A stretch of 64,000 nt of DNA from Eledone cirrhosa (lineage: Eukaryota), in assembly GCA_964016885.1 (NCBI GenBank), contig OZ024740.1:332134001-332198000 (forward strand). Reading direction: 5' to 3'. Below the pieces are notes generated by a model that had not been told where the DNA came from, ran no database searches, and worked only from the letters and a program-made list of their open reading frames with translations. Shown here piece by piece: positions 1 through 14,483 of this stretch. Positions within the stretch are counted from its first letter, which is position 1, and each line of letters starts with the position of its first letter. The position numbers and the translations under genes are program-made.

Positions 1-1282
1 GTGCCATGGAAATATATGAACAATAGCTAGCAAACTTAATATCCATTAATAATAATAGATACGTATTAAATAAAAACAACATTTTATAAATAATAATTTA
101 TGGTTTTTACTTAATCCATAAGTATCGAAAAATATATGTTTCTTAACAGTGACTGGAAATGAGGTATATTAAGTGGTATAGAACTGTAATGGTTTCTTTC
201 ACGTTTAAATCAAAAACATACCATTTGATATATGAAAAAGGGCAATAATTATTCATTTACGATATGAAGATTTCTGGAAATTTATTGTGCGTGTTTTGCT
301 GTAACCTCTGATACATGTGTAATTATATAAGGGTGAACATACACACATTTACTTCATCATAACATAGAAAACAATAATACAAACGTTAATATATAACTTA
401 CATCTGTAACCATAAGTATATGTATTCAATAATAATTATTCATAAAAGGAATTTAAAGCTAACTAGACGAATTAAAAAGTAAACAATAATATTCATCAAA
501 TAAACAGAATGATAATTATAAATTATATCAACTATTAAAACATTTCCGACATAAAACGAGTGGCAAAGCTAGATTTAATTTAAATAAACTGTGTACATTA
601 TTTGATACACACAGGCCATTTAGAAACTAAATCCGCCATCTAACCATTTGTCCGTGAGTGATTCTCATTATAATACAACTAAATATCGACAGCCGACACA
701 TATATCCGTGTCTCTGAACAAATATATGAAGGGAGTATTCGTAAGTGACTGTTTGTCTTGTAAATATCACTGTATGCCCAGCTAATTAATTTTATATTTG
801 ACTTCTTTTACATTATAATATTTTTTTATATTGATTTTTATTATAAAACATAGGCTATTATTAGTCATGTGATTATTTTCTTAAATTTATCTATATTTTC
901 AACAGTCACTAATACATTTTGTATACCTTTAAGTATTTATGTCTTGTACTATAGAATTTACTGTTTCTATCACGTATATAAAATTGTTTCTACATATATA
1001 ATGAACGTTCTATAACAGTCGCGTGTTTGTATACAATCGGTAAAATCAAAAGTTTTGCAAGTAATTTTCAACAGCTATTTTTCGTATCCAGTTATTGATG
1101 GTGTTATACTTTTAAACGATTTTGTTCAATGGACAATTCTAAATACAAAATCAGTTGCCTGCCTTCCTGTATTTACACCATATGTTTTTTAACTGCAATA
1201 TTATATTCCGTAAGGTCACATCTCCTTTGGCGGTCTAAAAATATCTGACTGATGAAATGACAAGTCAGTCAATCATATTGGT

Positions 1283-1575
1283 GGCCTCCCCACAGCCCCG
1301 GCGGACAGAATAGAGAAGGCGTTTCCCCGGAGGACGGCAAGGGAGACGTGCTGGAAAGGCCACTCCAGCTCGCGGGGCTCACACCTGCGACTGGCCAGCA
1401 CAGCGCCTATGGTGGTGAGTAGGGAGGTAGCCCTAGGGCCGAGAACACCAGAAGTCTCCACTGCCAAGAGTCCAACCGCAAACCTGTCGGAGAGCAGCCG
1501 GTATTTGAAGAGTTTGGCCTCAGCCCGACGTGCAGCAGAACCTGGGTTAGTCGCAGACTGCACCAGGTTGCGGAT
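1283..1575 (-). mobile_element. CRE-like non-LTR retrotransposon 3' fragment (restriction-like endonuclease)
   Basis: AE.K..KY..LSDRF...AVETSGVLGPRA..LL..IG..L...EPRELEW.FQ.VSLAVLRGNAFSIL; closely similar to the copy at 51740-52322. Confidence 0.75.
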
Positions 1576-2202
1576 ATTACAGAAACTCTTCTGTGAAACC
1601 TCATTTCCAATTAATGTCCTACTGCCAAGAAAATGTTCTATCGTAGACGTTGTATCCACTCTTTTGGCACGTTTTTACATATTACTATTCTGTGTCGAAA
1701 GAGATAAAAAAAAACGCACAAAAATGACATCTGCAATATTCTATACTAGTGGGTATACTGAAGATAAAATGCACATATATTCGCACTTTCAAAATATAAT
1801 GCATAATTACAACATATTAAATTTATCCGCATGATTGCTTGTCTGCCGAATAATATATAAACTGATACGTTACAGCGCCAGGACCAGTGTGGTGACATGC
1901 GATAATCTACCGACCTATTTTAACATTACTAGGTTTATATTATTCAACTAACATTACATTGTCCCTATCATATATTGTACTAGTAAAGTTTACTTCTCAA
2001 TTCTCTCCATTTTCTTAAAAATGACTATAAGCTGTATCTAGAATTTCAAAAAAGTTAGAATTTTTTTCTGAAAAGAAATTATTTAAGGTGTTTAAATTGA
2101 ATGTATATATATGATTGTGTGGATGCACGAGTCACTAAAGCGTAGCATTTTCAAAACTATTTATGGTTGAATCAAGAAAAATTTGAACAACGATATACTA
2201 AC

Positions 2203-2275
2203 CCTCATACTTGTCATTCCCAACAAGTGGTTTACCATCTGGTGATGGCTTTTTAAACATCAAGAATGGTGGGGA
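2203..2275 (-). CDS. AMPA-type glutamate receptor, internal exon (start of S1 ligand-binding segment)
   Basis: Acceptor cttttcag, donor gttagt; 73 nt, phase 0-1. Encodes SPPFLMFKKPSPDGKPLVGNDKYE(G), matching GluA SPYVM.KK...GN.RYEG. I could not find the next exon in the window. Confidence 0.88.
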
Positions 2276-3934
2276 CTGAAAAGATAAAGAATATAAACAT
2301 ATGTAAAAAAAAACAAGCTATACAAAACATAAATTTTAAAATATATGTGTTATTGAAATGGTACGTAAATGCTGATACGTAAATAAAAGACGACGCTGAA
2401 GATGCCCCTATGTAGCAGTAACATTGGAGAATGCATTTACAGCTTATTTAAACATTGTAGACGATTCGTATCTATACCCAAACATGTGTGGGGGCAAAGA
2501 TATTTGTTAAAAGAGAGAGCTTCCAAATAGAGACGGTTATCTCGATAATTTTATAACTAATAATACAGATAACTTTTAAAGACATACATCCTCTAATATA
2601 AATGCATATGCAAATTCATTTAAGAATACATTGAATATATCAGTATATCACCAACGTTATCTAACCAGCAGCTATGTCTACTAGATAGCATGCTGACTCT
2701 TCAATGTGATGACAAATTAGTCGTGATATAAACATGTACTTGGCGACATATATTCTGAGCCATATGCTTCCGAATTAAAAGAGTTTAAGGCATATCCTCC
2801 ATATATCAAAGACAGAAATGTATATGACTGTATTCAATATAGGTCTCGATACATTCGGGAGAACACTTGGAATGAAAAATGGAAAAGAAAGTGCTAAATA
2901 CAAGTGTTTTGAAATTGAAATAAATAATTTGCTGGACATGAAATTAAAAACATTATAATAAATCACAATTTGAGAACAGCCATGATAAAATAATGATTTC
3001 TTTATTAACCACAAGGGTTGACATAAAGTAGACATTAAGAACAGTGCGGGACAATGCAGGACGGTACAAATGGGCATTTCTGCGTGTAAAAAAAAACAAA
3101 AACAGAGGATGTAACAAAAAAATTACAATGAAAAATGATAAAATAATATGAACAAAAATATTAAAAAATAACATTCTACGCACAAAAAGAGAACACTTAT
3201 TTCCAGACGCAGACAACATCCTACGTAAGATATTTTCACGCCATAGATCAAATACTCTACACGTTCTTTAAGAACGTATAGCACCAATCAAATAGTGAAA
3301 TTACGGGACAAAACAACGTCATAAAATGCCACAACAAAGCAAAATTGATGAAATATACAAAAACAAATTTACATTCCAAAACGTCAACACTTTTCACAAT
3401 ATATGCGAGCTACTATTACATATGTTGGTGTAATAGAAATAAAACTGTAACAAACATGATAAATAAAAATAAGAATAATACTATTATTACCATACTGACA
3501 TGGTTATATATGTACTATAACAGGCGTTAACAAACATTAAAATATTGACAATTCTACATATGTTCCATAAAATAGCACTGGTTTGTATAACCTCCAATTT
3601 ACATAATCTGAACAACTGATACAACATATAGTATACAATATAAAGCAACCAACTCAGAATGTAATAAAGGCAATCAGCAGTCAAAATGATTGAACACATA
3701 TTCCAATATAATTCACACCCGATACTATATAGTAAACGCAATCACCATATAACAAATTAACGCAATCTGTATTAAACACTCTACAGGTCAAGCTGACGAA
3801 AGTCTAACAGAACATTTAACAAAATTCTGTTGATAAGAAAGATAGAGGTAGCACATAATCATAATTCTAATCCAACAAATGACCATGCTGCCGATTCATA
3901 ATGAACATAATAGAGATATTGCTATAGAAAATTG

Positions 3935-4130
3935 CTTGAAGCTGCTGAAAACATGCTGCCGCCACTGCTTCTGCTGCTGTTGATGATGCTGATGATGTTG
4001 TTGATGATGATGTTGATGATGATGGCGATAGCCGTGGTGGTTGTGGTGGTGGTGATTGTGATGATAGTAGTGGTGGTGTTGGTGATGGTGGTGGCGAGGG
4101 TGATACTATTAACATTAATAGTAGTAGGTT
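3935..4130. repeat. Degenerate trinucleotide simple repeat (GCT/GAT/GGT)n
   Basis: Runs of gatgat, ggtggt and gctgct just past the exon donor at 4154. Confidence 0.85.
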
Positions 4131-4154
4131 AAAGGAAATAGTAAGATATTTTAC

Positions 4155-4265
4155 CTCTATTGTGGTAACAATCAGTCTTTTTCCTGTCATAGTGTAGTTT
4201 TGTTGTGGGGCGGTATGTTCCATCTCAACTTCGTTGAAACCGTGATTTGGTGTCCAGTTTCCAAT
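4155..4265 (-). CDS. AMPA-type glutamate receptor, internal exon (ATD-S1 linker)
   Basis: Acceptor tttatttctcag, donor gtaaaa; 111 nt, phase 0-0. Encodes IGNWTPNHGFNEVEMEHTAPQQNYTMTGKRLIVTTIE (IG.W ... VTTI motif). Confidence 0.9.
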
Positions 4266-4577
4266 CTGAGAAATAAAGCAAATTTTAAATAAATACAAGA
4301 AGATACCCTGGGCTGCTCGAGATATTCACCACCCGAATAGTAGTCAATGCTTTTAATGAGAGTGGTATTCTGTGTGTATGTATGATTACACATCCAATGC
4401 TAATAGTGCGTGCAGCGGAGATAGACGATCATTTATAATTCGTAAAATGTTACTTGTTTCAATAACCTAGTAAAAATAAAAAAATAATACAAAAGCATTC
4501 TATCCGAGACAATCCAGTCAATATGTGCTTGATATGTACAAATTATATACAAAATGTATATTGGCATAAAATAATTA

Positions 4578-4869
4578 TCTATATATATAAAACTGAGTAT
4601 GTCTGTCTGTGGGTGTGTGAGTTTGAATCCCTAAAATTCGAGAAACACCAAACCGCCTGTTTTCAAACTTTATATATGTAATACTTACGTTTCAGGGAGT
4701 GTTCTGAGCAAAAAGGATTTAAAATTGTCAATGCCCTAGCGACCGCATTAGACGATTTAGCGATCTCTCTCTATAATTCTTAGTCTTTCTCTTTTTAGAA
4801 TATAACGTCGCGCCCTTATATTATATGTCTGTATATCTGGCTGATTGCATTACGTCACTTCCCTGAGGA

Positions 4870-4950
<81 letters not shown>

Positions 4951-5536
4951 ACCTAAAACACGAGAAGTAGCCAGCCGATGTTTTCAAATTTTACATGTGT
5001 ATTACTTATGTTTCAGGGAGTGTTATTCACATAAACAATTCAACTTTTTTTATCTCTTAGGGCCCGCATTAGGTGAAAAACTGCGTTTTAAAGCTTTTTA
5101 GGGTTTTTTGAGGCGTTACGTCAGACTGATTTCCTTGAAATTGTAACTATGTATTAGTTAGTATCTTCTACATGCCGTGAGCAAAGAAAATCCAACTTTT
5201 TTATTGCCTAGGGCTTGCATTAGGTGAAAAACTTCATTTTTTCAGTTTTTCGAGGGCTTTTTGGAGGCGTTACGTCTAGCCGATTTTCCCGAAATTTCAA
5301 GTCATATTATGCACATAAAAGAAATCATTTTCTTGATCCCCTAGGGCCCGCATTAGGTGAAGACCTGCATTTTTTCTGCTTCATCGAAGAAAATCTTAAA
5401 GATTATCCAGCCCTCAGAGTATTCGGTTTATTTTCTTTACATATTGTCCAGGCATGCAGTTTATCCACGATTAGGTCTGTTGGCGGCCCGCGTTCCAAAA
5501 TACCCTATCCCGTGCAACGCCGGGTACCACTGCTAG
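4578..5536 (+). mobile_element. Non-autonomous Helitron
   Basis: Starts A|TCTATATATATAAAA and ends with a GC hairpin (cccgtgcaacgccggg, 5509-5524) then CTAG|T. No TSD. Internal (GT)n and sub-repeats built on ctagggcccgcattaggtgaa. Confidence 0.85.
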
Positions 5537-5546
5537 TATTCTATAT

Positions 5547-5666
5547 AACTGTTTCTACTTGTGGCACAAGGCCAGCAATTATCCCAGTGTATTACTGGTA
5601 CTTTATTTTATCGACCCCGTAAGGATGAAAGGCAAAGTTAACCTCGGCGGGATTTGAACTCAGAGT
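5547..5666 (-). mobile_element. tRNA-derived SINE (partial)
   Basis: Minus strand has B box GAGTTCAAATCCC then core gcctttcatccttacggggtcgataaaataaagtaccag, which recurs at least 7 times in the window. Confidence 0.85.
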
Positions 5667-6216
5667 GCCAATTCGGATAAAGTACGCATTAATTTAAAAT
5701 ATCATTTCGATATTTGTTCCTAGTCTCTCTTTTTAAAGGCTACAGAATACGATGCTTTTTCAGTCGAAAAAAGAATAGTTTCATAAGTTCGGTTTCATTG
5801 CATTCCCTCTTCACTGTTTAATTAGACACCAGATCATGAACGTTAAGTATAAACACTAAAATATTTAAGCTAAACCCTAAACCCAACACTAGCCATAATG
5901 CTAATCACTAAACCCTAAGCCTAAAAGCCTATATCTTCTACTCATATAGACACAAACCGTAACTTCAGGTCACTGATGAGTTCGGTTCCTTTTTTTACTT
6001 ATATACACTCTGCTATCCCAATTATTGAGTACTTAGCTGAACATTGTATTATTTGTCTGAACTGGTAACTCCCAATCTCTCTCTCCTCTCTCTATCTCTC
6101 TCTCTATCTCTCTCCTCTTCCCCTCTCTTTCTCTTCTCTCTGTCTCCCCTCTCTCTCTCTCTCTCCTCTCTCTCTCCTCTCTCTCTCCTGCTATATATAT
6201 ATATATATTTTTTTTT

Positions 6217-6650
6217 CTAGGGCGGGTAAAATTCCCGAGATCCATGGACGAGTGCTCTCCAGCGGTCTCTGTCCCTCATTATCGCTGCCATGTCCTGCGT
6301 CTCCAACAGACCAGTGTCTGTCCTTAGGGCATCAACATACGTTAACCTTGATCTTCCTCTTCCAGTGTGTCCATGTAGGGGCTCCCACAGGAGCACTGAG
6401 TGCAATGTCAACTCTGGATGTCAGTGAGCATGTCCAGCTAACCCCAGTCTCCTCTGTGTCACTTTTGAGCTGACTTTTGGGAGCCTCCCATACAGCTCTG
6501 AGTTTTTCATCCTCAGTGTATACTGATTAATGTTCAGAGCCATCCTCAGCATTCTCGTGTAGCACCCATCCACCATCTGAGTGAGTTTCTTGGTCAGCGT
6601 CCAAGTCTCAGACCCGTACAGCAGCACAGACTCCACTACAGCAATGAAGA
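6217..6650 (-). mobile_element. RTE-like LINE 3' fragment
   Basis: VESVLLYGSETWTL...LAGH...GR.RLTYVD; near-identical to 62327-62760; flanked by (TA)n. Confidence 0.9.
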
Positions 6651-7623
6651 CATACATATATATATATATATGTATGTCTACATATGTTGTGTTATTTAGA
6701 CGGATTGGTTTTCTACAGACATTCCCAATTCTATTTAACACCTAGACATTCGTGAAATATGTAACCAATTAGTCTAGCCTATACGGTTAATATATATGTG
6801 TAATAACTTTGCTAGTTGGTTTTACAGTAACTAATATAATAAGATTGCTACAGCACTTTCTTACTATTACCCTGATCGCTTGTGCATAGCCTGCTTTTTA
6901 TGTCATGCCTGTCTATATACTTGTTATACTCAGCTCTATCCTGTAATAACCATAATTTGGTTGTGCATGGCTTGTACTTATGTAATACCCACCTATATGC
7001 TTGTGGAGTACCCATTGGCTACATAATTCGGGTACCTACCAGTATACCTTGTGTATGTATAACATGGTGGGGATTCTGATTACTGTGGGCTTGCTGGATG
7101 TACTGCAACGACCTCCTAATGCTTAGATAATTATAAGTTACGGGGGATCCTATCCACTCGTTTTGGTAGGAACCAGCGCTTAAATTCCTCTGGCTACTTT
7201 ATGTTCTTTATGTGCTTAACATATTTTTCTTCTTTCTGTTTTTATTTCTTTTTTAAACACTTTTTTTATTTTTTACTTTTTACTCTTTATATTATCTTCC
7301 TTTTATTTTTTTATTTTTTTATTTTTTTTATTACGATTATTTTTTTAATTGTATTATTATTTTTTTATTATTATTATTATTTTTTATTATGTTTTAACAA
7401 TTGCCTGTATCTTTTGTCTTTGCTTTTGTGTGCACTCAATTATAACTGCATCTTGTAGAATCCGCTTGTGCCCTGGCATTTAGCTGTGGTGATTAACGAC
7501 CCCAACATGAACCCCTCCTTGTTCCCCATCTCCGATCTCCCTATCTTTACCCTCTTTTGCATTCTGATTCTTCGTGTGACTAGGCTCTGTGGAGCTTATA
7601 CTCAGCACTGTGTTTATTAAGGT

Positions 7624-7664
7624 CTGAGGATTCCTACCAAAAGGTATGGATGAAACATTGTAAG
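7624..7664 (+). ncRNA. Degenerate hammerhead motif in a Penelope-type terminal repeat
   Basis: CTGAGGA - tcctacc/ggtatgga stem - GAAACATTGTA, followed by AATAAA. Stem I does not pair well. Confidence 0.5.
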
Positions 7665-7808
7665 CAAATAAAAACTGTTTGAGTATGTAAGCGTTCTTTG
7701 GTTTCTTTTAAATATTACGGCTCTGTTCTTGTACATTGAGCTAACACAGTACTGTCATAATACAACACGGTATATATGTGTTTATGCACATATGCTCCGT
7801 GCTATACG

Positions 7809-7874
<66 letters not shown>

Positions 7875-8715
7875 CACACATAGGTACAAATATAACACTC
7901 TCCCCTCCACGTTGTGTTTTTGATTTATTCTTTTTTTCTTCTGTCTTTCTTTTGCAAGAGCGCCTTCATTCTGCATTAAATGCTGCACATGACATATCTC
8001 TGCATTTGTTTATATAAACAACGAGGCCTATCAGTTTGAATGGGCATGGGTTAAAACAGTGTTGAGGGGACTCGCAAACAATCACATGGAAAATAATGTT
8101 CTTTTTTTAGGAGGTTAGAGCCATTCAGATAGAACATTAAATATAAAAAATAATGATTTCTTTATTATTAAATATTAAAATTAATGATACGAAATTTCTG
8201 GGAATTTTGCCTTGAAGGTGTTTAATTAGTGCGTAATATTTCTGGATAAAAAATAACTTGTCAAATGCAGGGCACTCTATGGTGACCTTATTCTGGCATT
8301 ATGCCCTACTCATACACACACACACACACACACATATATATATTTAATTGTGTTGTATTTCTTCCTCCCGAATTCTATTTTATTCTTGCTACCGTAAGTT
8401 CATTACTTCTGTGGTTGAACCGTTGTGAACCTATCACTAATCACACGAGTCTTGAGCAAAAGTGATATGAAACATGCACAAATAATGGGATGGGTGATCT
8501 ACACGTTACTATTGTGTACCGAAGCTTGATTCGAAGCAAGTTTTATCATATATTTCCGCATAAAAATATGTTCGAAACTTCATTGAATAATATTCCACAT
8601 GTTGATCATCGTTCTTTTTAAATTTTTATTCACAGTAAAACTGAAAAAAAACGCTTAGTTTAATTTCATTTAATAAAATTATCAAAGAATTAAAGAAATA
8701 TGCTAAATGTATTGG

Positions 8716-8764
<49 letters not shown>

Positions 8765-8768
<4 letters not shown>

Positions 8769-10967
8769 CTTCTAAATCAGACATAGGAAAAATTAGCAAA
8801 CAAACTTGACAGGGTAATAACTCAATTGAAAAAGAAAATAGAAATAAAATTATGGGGCAACACTAGCGAAGCAATTCGCTGGTTTAATAACGTTAAGAAC
8901 AAGAGTAAGTCTAAGTTTATACAATTCGACATTGACGAATACTACTCTTCAATCTCACCCAGTACTTTACGTAAGGCCCTATCGTTTGGCAAAGTCAATT
9001 CCGACCTAACAGAGGACGAAATTAATATTATTCTAGAGGCTAGGAAAAGTAATATCAAGTTTGATAACTGCTACTGGGAACGTAGGAACAGACCCACAAA
9101 CTTAGACATCACCATGGGCTCTAACAACTCAGCGGAGGTCACGGATCTTGTGGGAATTTACATAGCCCACATACTACATGGAAAATTTAGTAATCTACAG
9201 GGGGGAATATATAGAGATGACGCGCTTTTATTAGTTAATAACTTTAATAACCAAAATTTTGAAAGGCTACGGAAAAACATTAGAAATTCTTTTAGTGATC
9301 TGGGTCTAAAAATAACGTACGAATACAATCTTAAAGTAGTAAATTTCCTTGACGTAACTCTTACTTTGAATACTGGACTGATACGATCCTTCCACAAGAT
9401 AAATGAGAACTTTACCTATATTAATTTTAATTCGAATCACCCACTTTCCATGATTAAATCGGTTTCCCGTAGTATTTCTCTCAGAATCTCTCGCCTATCG
9501 TCTAACTCTGAGATTTTCAGTGAACATGCTGAATACTATAATAACGCATTAAGGAATGCAGACCACCGTGATAAAATAGAATACATTGATAAGAATCTCC
9601 ATAACACACATAGCTGCACACGCAATCAAAGAATATATAACCGGGGTACAGTAATACAAGCGCACACATACAGTACCACCAGACATACTAATAGAAAATC
9701 ATCAACAAATGAATCACGTTGTAGAAAGTATATCTTGTACAATCACATTTTTAATGTTTCGATTAGTACAAAACTATATCTTTCATTCTTTAAGTTAATT
9801 AACAATCATTTCCCTAGTTCCCATAAATACAGTAAGATTCTAAACTCCAAGACTATTAAGCTATCATACTCCACCGCACCAAACCTTGAAGCATACATAA
9901 AAAACGTAACTTAAAGCAATTATTAAACAACACTACAAAACAAAATATTTTAGTAACAGATGAGCATAACTTAATATCGGCCTCCCAACCACCAAATGGG
10001 AGGCGGGTATTACACAACCCACCTGAACTGTTATCCCAACCTATCCATGGTATACCTGCTACCCACAACAAAAACTGCAACTGCCACCTACCCGAAAAAT
10101 GCCCATTCAAGAACAAATGCCTAGAGTCCAACATTGTTTATCAATGCACCGTTTAATCGAACGACCAGAAATGGTATTACATTGGGTCTACTACTACCTC
10201 CTTTAAATCTCGCTGGTATCGTCATCGATTTTTGATGAAGCATCCTAAACACCGTCTTGTGACTACGCTCGCCAATAAGACCTGGCAACTCCGAGAATGC
10301 AACCGGCAGCTTACCTTGAAATGGGATAAACTATCCAGCGCTACTGCATATCGGAGTGGATTGAAGTACTGCAGATTATGCAACCTTGAACTATTTTATA
10401 TCTTAAAATCCCAAAACAAATTACTAAATAACAGAATCGAACAATCGTTATACTGCAACCACAAACTGAAGGCTAAATTCTCTCACTATAAAATAACTTA
10501 ACATTTGAACACGAGACTGCAAAATCGCTTTATCGCTAACTAATTCCTCTCAATAACTACTTCCTAACTATATCCCTCACCCCCACACTACAAGCCAATA
10601 CCCTGCTTATCATTATAAATGGGTACTTGAGTGCGATTTGCAGACTACAACTATGAACTCGGTGTATCCCCCATATCGTAGCCTTCGTCTGTCTCCTCTC
10701 TATCTCTCTTTCTTTCTCTCTCTCCCTTCCCCTCTCTCTCTCCCCCTCTCTCTCTATATCTCCCTCTCGCCCTCGGTCTACCACACTCCCTCTCCACATC
10801 TATGAACCTGCTCTCTGTGGTAATAAATAATCCCAATCTTGACCACATCAACACAATGCCTGAGGGCTGTCACCTTGAGAATAAACAGTAAAATAAAACC
10901 CCTACCACAACATTTTGATTAAGCTATCTGTATTCAAACCACTCTCCCCACTTCTCAAACCCCTACA

Positions 10968-10999
<32 letters not shown>

Positions 11000-11372
11000 T
11001 CCCTCTCCCCTTCTTTCTCTCTTCCTTTCTACTCTATCTTCTCCAATAACTTCCATTAAGAAATACAAGGGTATTTACATTTTAACCATTCTGCTCTGAG
11101 GAAATGGTAGTGGCAGCAGAGCATGACTAGCCAGTATAACTACTGTTGAAACATTTGTAAGCACTCGGAATAAATTACCTTTTTATGATATCTACCTGTT
11201 ATTATTCATTCTTTATCTACACACCGGAATACAGAAGGATCAGAAACTGAATTTTTCCGACTATTCTTCCATAACTCGTTCAGTAACCCCTCACCGTACG
11301 TCAAATCTATCTAGTGTAGTAATTAACCATTACTGCATTCTGGATAACCCTAAGCATTTCTTGCTTAACCTA
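8765..11372 (+). mobile_element. Penelope-like retroelement, 5'-truncated and disrupted (Naiad-like RT + GIY-YIG)
   Basis: RT motifs W.NT..AIRWF, QFDI.EYYSSIS, DITMGS, GIYRDD, VNFLDVTL, SNHP. After a frameshift near 9900 comes NCNC...CP...C...IVY...YIG.T...FK.R...H...CRLC (stop near 10154). The 3' region carries a hammerhead. Bounded by (TA)n on both sides. Clade call is from motif memory. Confidence 0.88.
11092..11163 (+). ncRNA. Type I hammerhead ribozyme in the Penelope 3' region
   Basis: Stem I TGCT/AGCA; core CTGAGGA; long stem II AATGGTAGT/ACTACTGTT; GAAA; stem III ACA/TGT; GUA cleavage triplet; AATAAA follows. Confidence 0.85.
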
Positions 11373-11381
11373 ATATATATA

Positions 11382-11430
<49 letters not shown>

Positions 11431-11495
11431 GTTGGGACACGTAAATAAAGGGGACGCGAGGGTAAACAAACAAAATGGTGAAGCAACAGAAAGTG

Positions 11496-11570
<75 letters not shown>

Positions 11571-11856
11571 TTATAAATCATGTCTACAGAATTATTAGAT
11601 AAACAAAATATATACTCCATTTCCTCTGCCAAACAGCACAATCAACCATATAAAAAATCAATTATACTAAGCCATAAGGATAAAAGCTCCTATGAAGAAA
11701 TCTCCGACAAATAAACGAGAGTGGCTTCTTCGCGTTATCCACAGCAGGTTATTTATCCAACATTTCGACAGCATGCATAAATTGACCAAGTACATAATTA
11801 ACCATATACCATTCGGTGTAAAATCAAACATAGAAGGACTGTGTACATACCGTAAC

Positions 11857-11937
11857 TATCTCTACCAATGGTTTCATCCGTATTTTTAGATATCCTATTA
11901 ATAGGAAATCCATTGAGTTCGGAATCATCCGGAGATA
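11857..11937 (-). ncRNA. Hammerhead motif (U4G change) in a non-coding element (about 11567-12130) between (TA)n tracts
   Basis: Stem I TATCTC/GAGATA; core CGGATGA; long stem II TCCG..TCCTA/TAGGA..CGGA; GAAACCATTGGTA. Confidence 0.75.
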
Positions 11938-12148
11938 AACTCAAAAATAGACACTTAGTATTCCAAGCCGATCGCGCCAAAATTAGATTCAAAGATGGCT
12001 AAGAATCACACTATGGCCGTGGTCAAGTTGGAAAGAATGTGATTGGCTGTTGACGGCGTGTAGGCCTGTCGCTCGAAAGGGTAGCCAAATATCGTCAAAT
12101 TTAATCTCACCCTTACGGGAGATTATTAAATATATATATATATATATA

Positions 12149-13731
12149 TGGAATACTTAGAAGTCCAGATATATGAACAGTCCAAATCAAAATACGGATT
12201 GAACTTCCACAAATATTTATCAGAGAATTGGAAACGCTACTTGGATGATTGCCTCATTCTTTGGTCCCACAAACTTAATAAACGGCATCAATAACCACAT
12301 CCAATTCACAATGGAATACAGCCAAGATCAACTCCCATTTCTGGACATCTTAATCACACAAAAAGACACAAATATCGAAACTGACATACACTACAAACCA
12401 ACAGATTCCAAACAATATCTGCTATTCACCTCCAACCATCCAAAGCACACGAAGACGAACATTCCTTTTAACCTAGCAAGAAGAATTTGCACAATTGTCT
12501 CCAATTATGAAACGCGAAATAAAAGACTTCAAGAATTAAAGGAAATTCTACTCGAGAGAGATTACCCACTATTACTAATAAATAATGGAATAGAAAGGGC
12601 TAAAGCAATAGGCATTGATGAATTACGGAAACAGAAACAAATTCAAGGTACGTCCAATATTCTATCATATATCTCAACACACAACCCAAGAAATGCGGAA
12701 GCTTACAACACTATTCACAATAACATCCCACTACTAAAACAAAACCCAAGAATGAAAAAAGCCCTTGAAACACACAAAATAATCAAAAGCAAAAGACAAC
12801 CAAAATCACTGAAAACATTACTCACCAATGCCAAATTACCTACCACAAACCCACAACCAAGTATCAAAAAATGTGGTCGCTCTAATTGTGGAACCTGCAC
12901 TCACCTCATTGAAGGCAACACGTATACATTTAACTCAGGACAAAATTTTACTGTAAAAAATCACTTCACTTGCTCATCAAAAAATCTAATTTATGCCATT
13001 AAATGTAAAGGATGCAATGAAGATTATATAGGACAAACTAAACTCACACTCAGAAACAGAATGACATTTCATCGCCAACAATTACGAGATCCAACCACGA
13101 GACAGATACCACTAAGTGCACATCTAGACATTTGCGCAAGTAATAAGACACCCAAATTCCAAGTCTTCCCATTTTACCTTTGCGCTAACAATACAACAGA
13201 ACAAATGCGAATAAATAAGGAAAATATGTTTATTCAAAAATATAGACCAACATTAAATAAGGTTTAATATACATTATGTCAACACCACAATATGACATAC
13301 ACCAGCACACATAACACCTTCTACTTTAGAAAATAAAAACCCGAACTAAATAAACCTTAACATACGTTTGCACTGGCAATACAACAGCAAACACGAAAAA
13401 GTAAGGAAAATATGTTCATTCAAAAATATTCCTACTAAAGGAATCACTTTCCTACACACACACATACACACACACACAATATATATATATATTCTCTTCA
13501 TCTTAACATGCCAACCATACTCCCACACACATACACACACATAACAACCCCCACACCTACAACTCCCTCCCCATTTCTACTAATAGAACCACTTTCCTAC
13601 ACACATATATATATACACACACACAAAATATATATTCTCTCCATCTTAACATACTCGCACACACATAACACCCATATACACACACACACAACTCCCTCCC
13701 CCATCTCTACTAATAGAATCATCTTCCAATA

Positions 13732-13798
<67 letters not shown>

Positions 13799-14483
13799 AC
13801 ACACAAGCACACAAATAAACATACATATCTTCACTTCAATAGAAAATCTGAACTCTGACACCCCGGCGAGCTGGCCATATTCACTGAACCAGAACATTTC
13901 TCCCAATCCCTTTTCTCTTGACCACTATCTCTTCATTGTCATAACATTCACTATAAAGACTACAGAATAGTTTTCCAAATAAGGGCGCAAAAATGTAATG
14001 AAAACTTGTTCACGTGACAGCCAAATTTCATTTATAACCAACCCCAAAAAAGCCTTCGTGAGCCTCCTTTTTTCAAGTAAAAAGAAATTCAAACACTCAT
14101 ATATGAAAAAACAAGCTGTGACACCCCCCTCCCCCTCTTATTTGAAGAACTATTGTAACGCGAACTTGCGCGAAATTTATTATAATTATTGACAAACCAA
14201 TCAAATTACTTCTCGAAAAACCTGGCATTTCGAGCCACTTTTTCCATATAAAACAAGTAACATTCAGAGACCAACCAGATGTGAGAAAAACCACAGACCC
14301 TCCATCTCAACTCACCTTTTGAAAAGCAGAAGAACTGCGAAACCGGTAAAGGAACCAAATAAATATATATATTTTTTAAAAAAATAAGACTCCATTTGCA
14401 TTTTCGATTTCATCTCTTTTTCTTTATACTTTCACTCGTGTAGGACACCTCGGTTATTTTTCATTTTGTAAAAAAAACCTCAC

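Noticed and set aside
1589-1700. Candidate next receptor exon with AG/GT ends
   Set aside because: In the required phase it hits an immediate stop and lacks the expected C.DL...KYG...WNG motif.
4730-5365. Spaced short repeats resembling a CRISPR array
   Set aside because: They are internal sub-repeats of a Helitron with homologous spacers, in a eukaryotic context with no cas genes.
5870-5925. Telomere-like taaccc/ccctaa repeats
   Set aside because: Short, highly degenerate and interstitial; no evidence of a telomere or healing site.
5970-5990. CTGATGAG as a possible hammerhead core
   Set aside because: No stem II followed by GAAA.
7729-8017. ORFs rich in YI, CV, HT, ER or LS repeats here and throughout the track
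   Set aside because: They are translations of (TA)n, (TG)n and (GA)n microsatellites, not genes.
9914-10501. Selenocysteine recoding, as reported for some Naiad elements
   Set aside because: The conserved cysteines here are TGC and the interrupting stop is TAA, not TGA.
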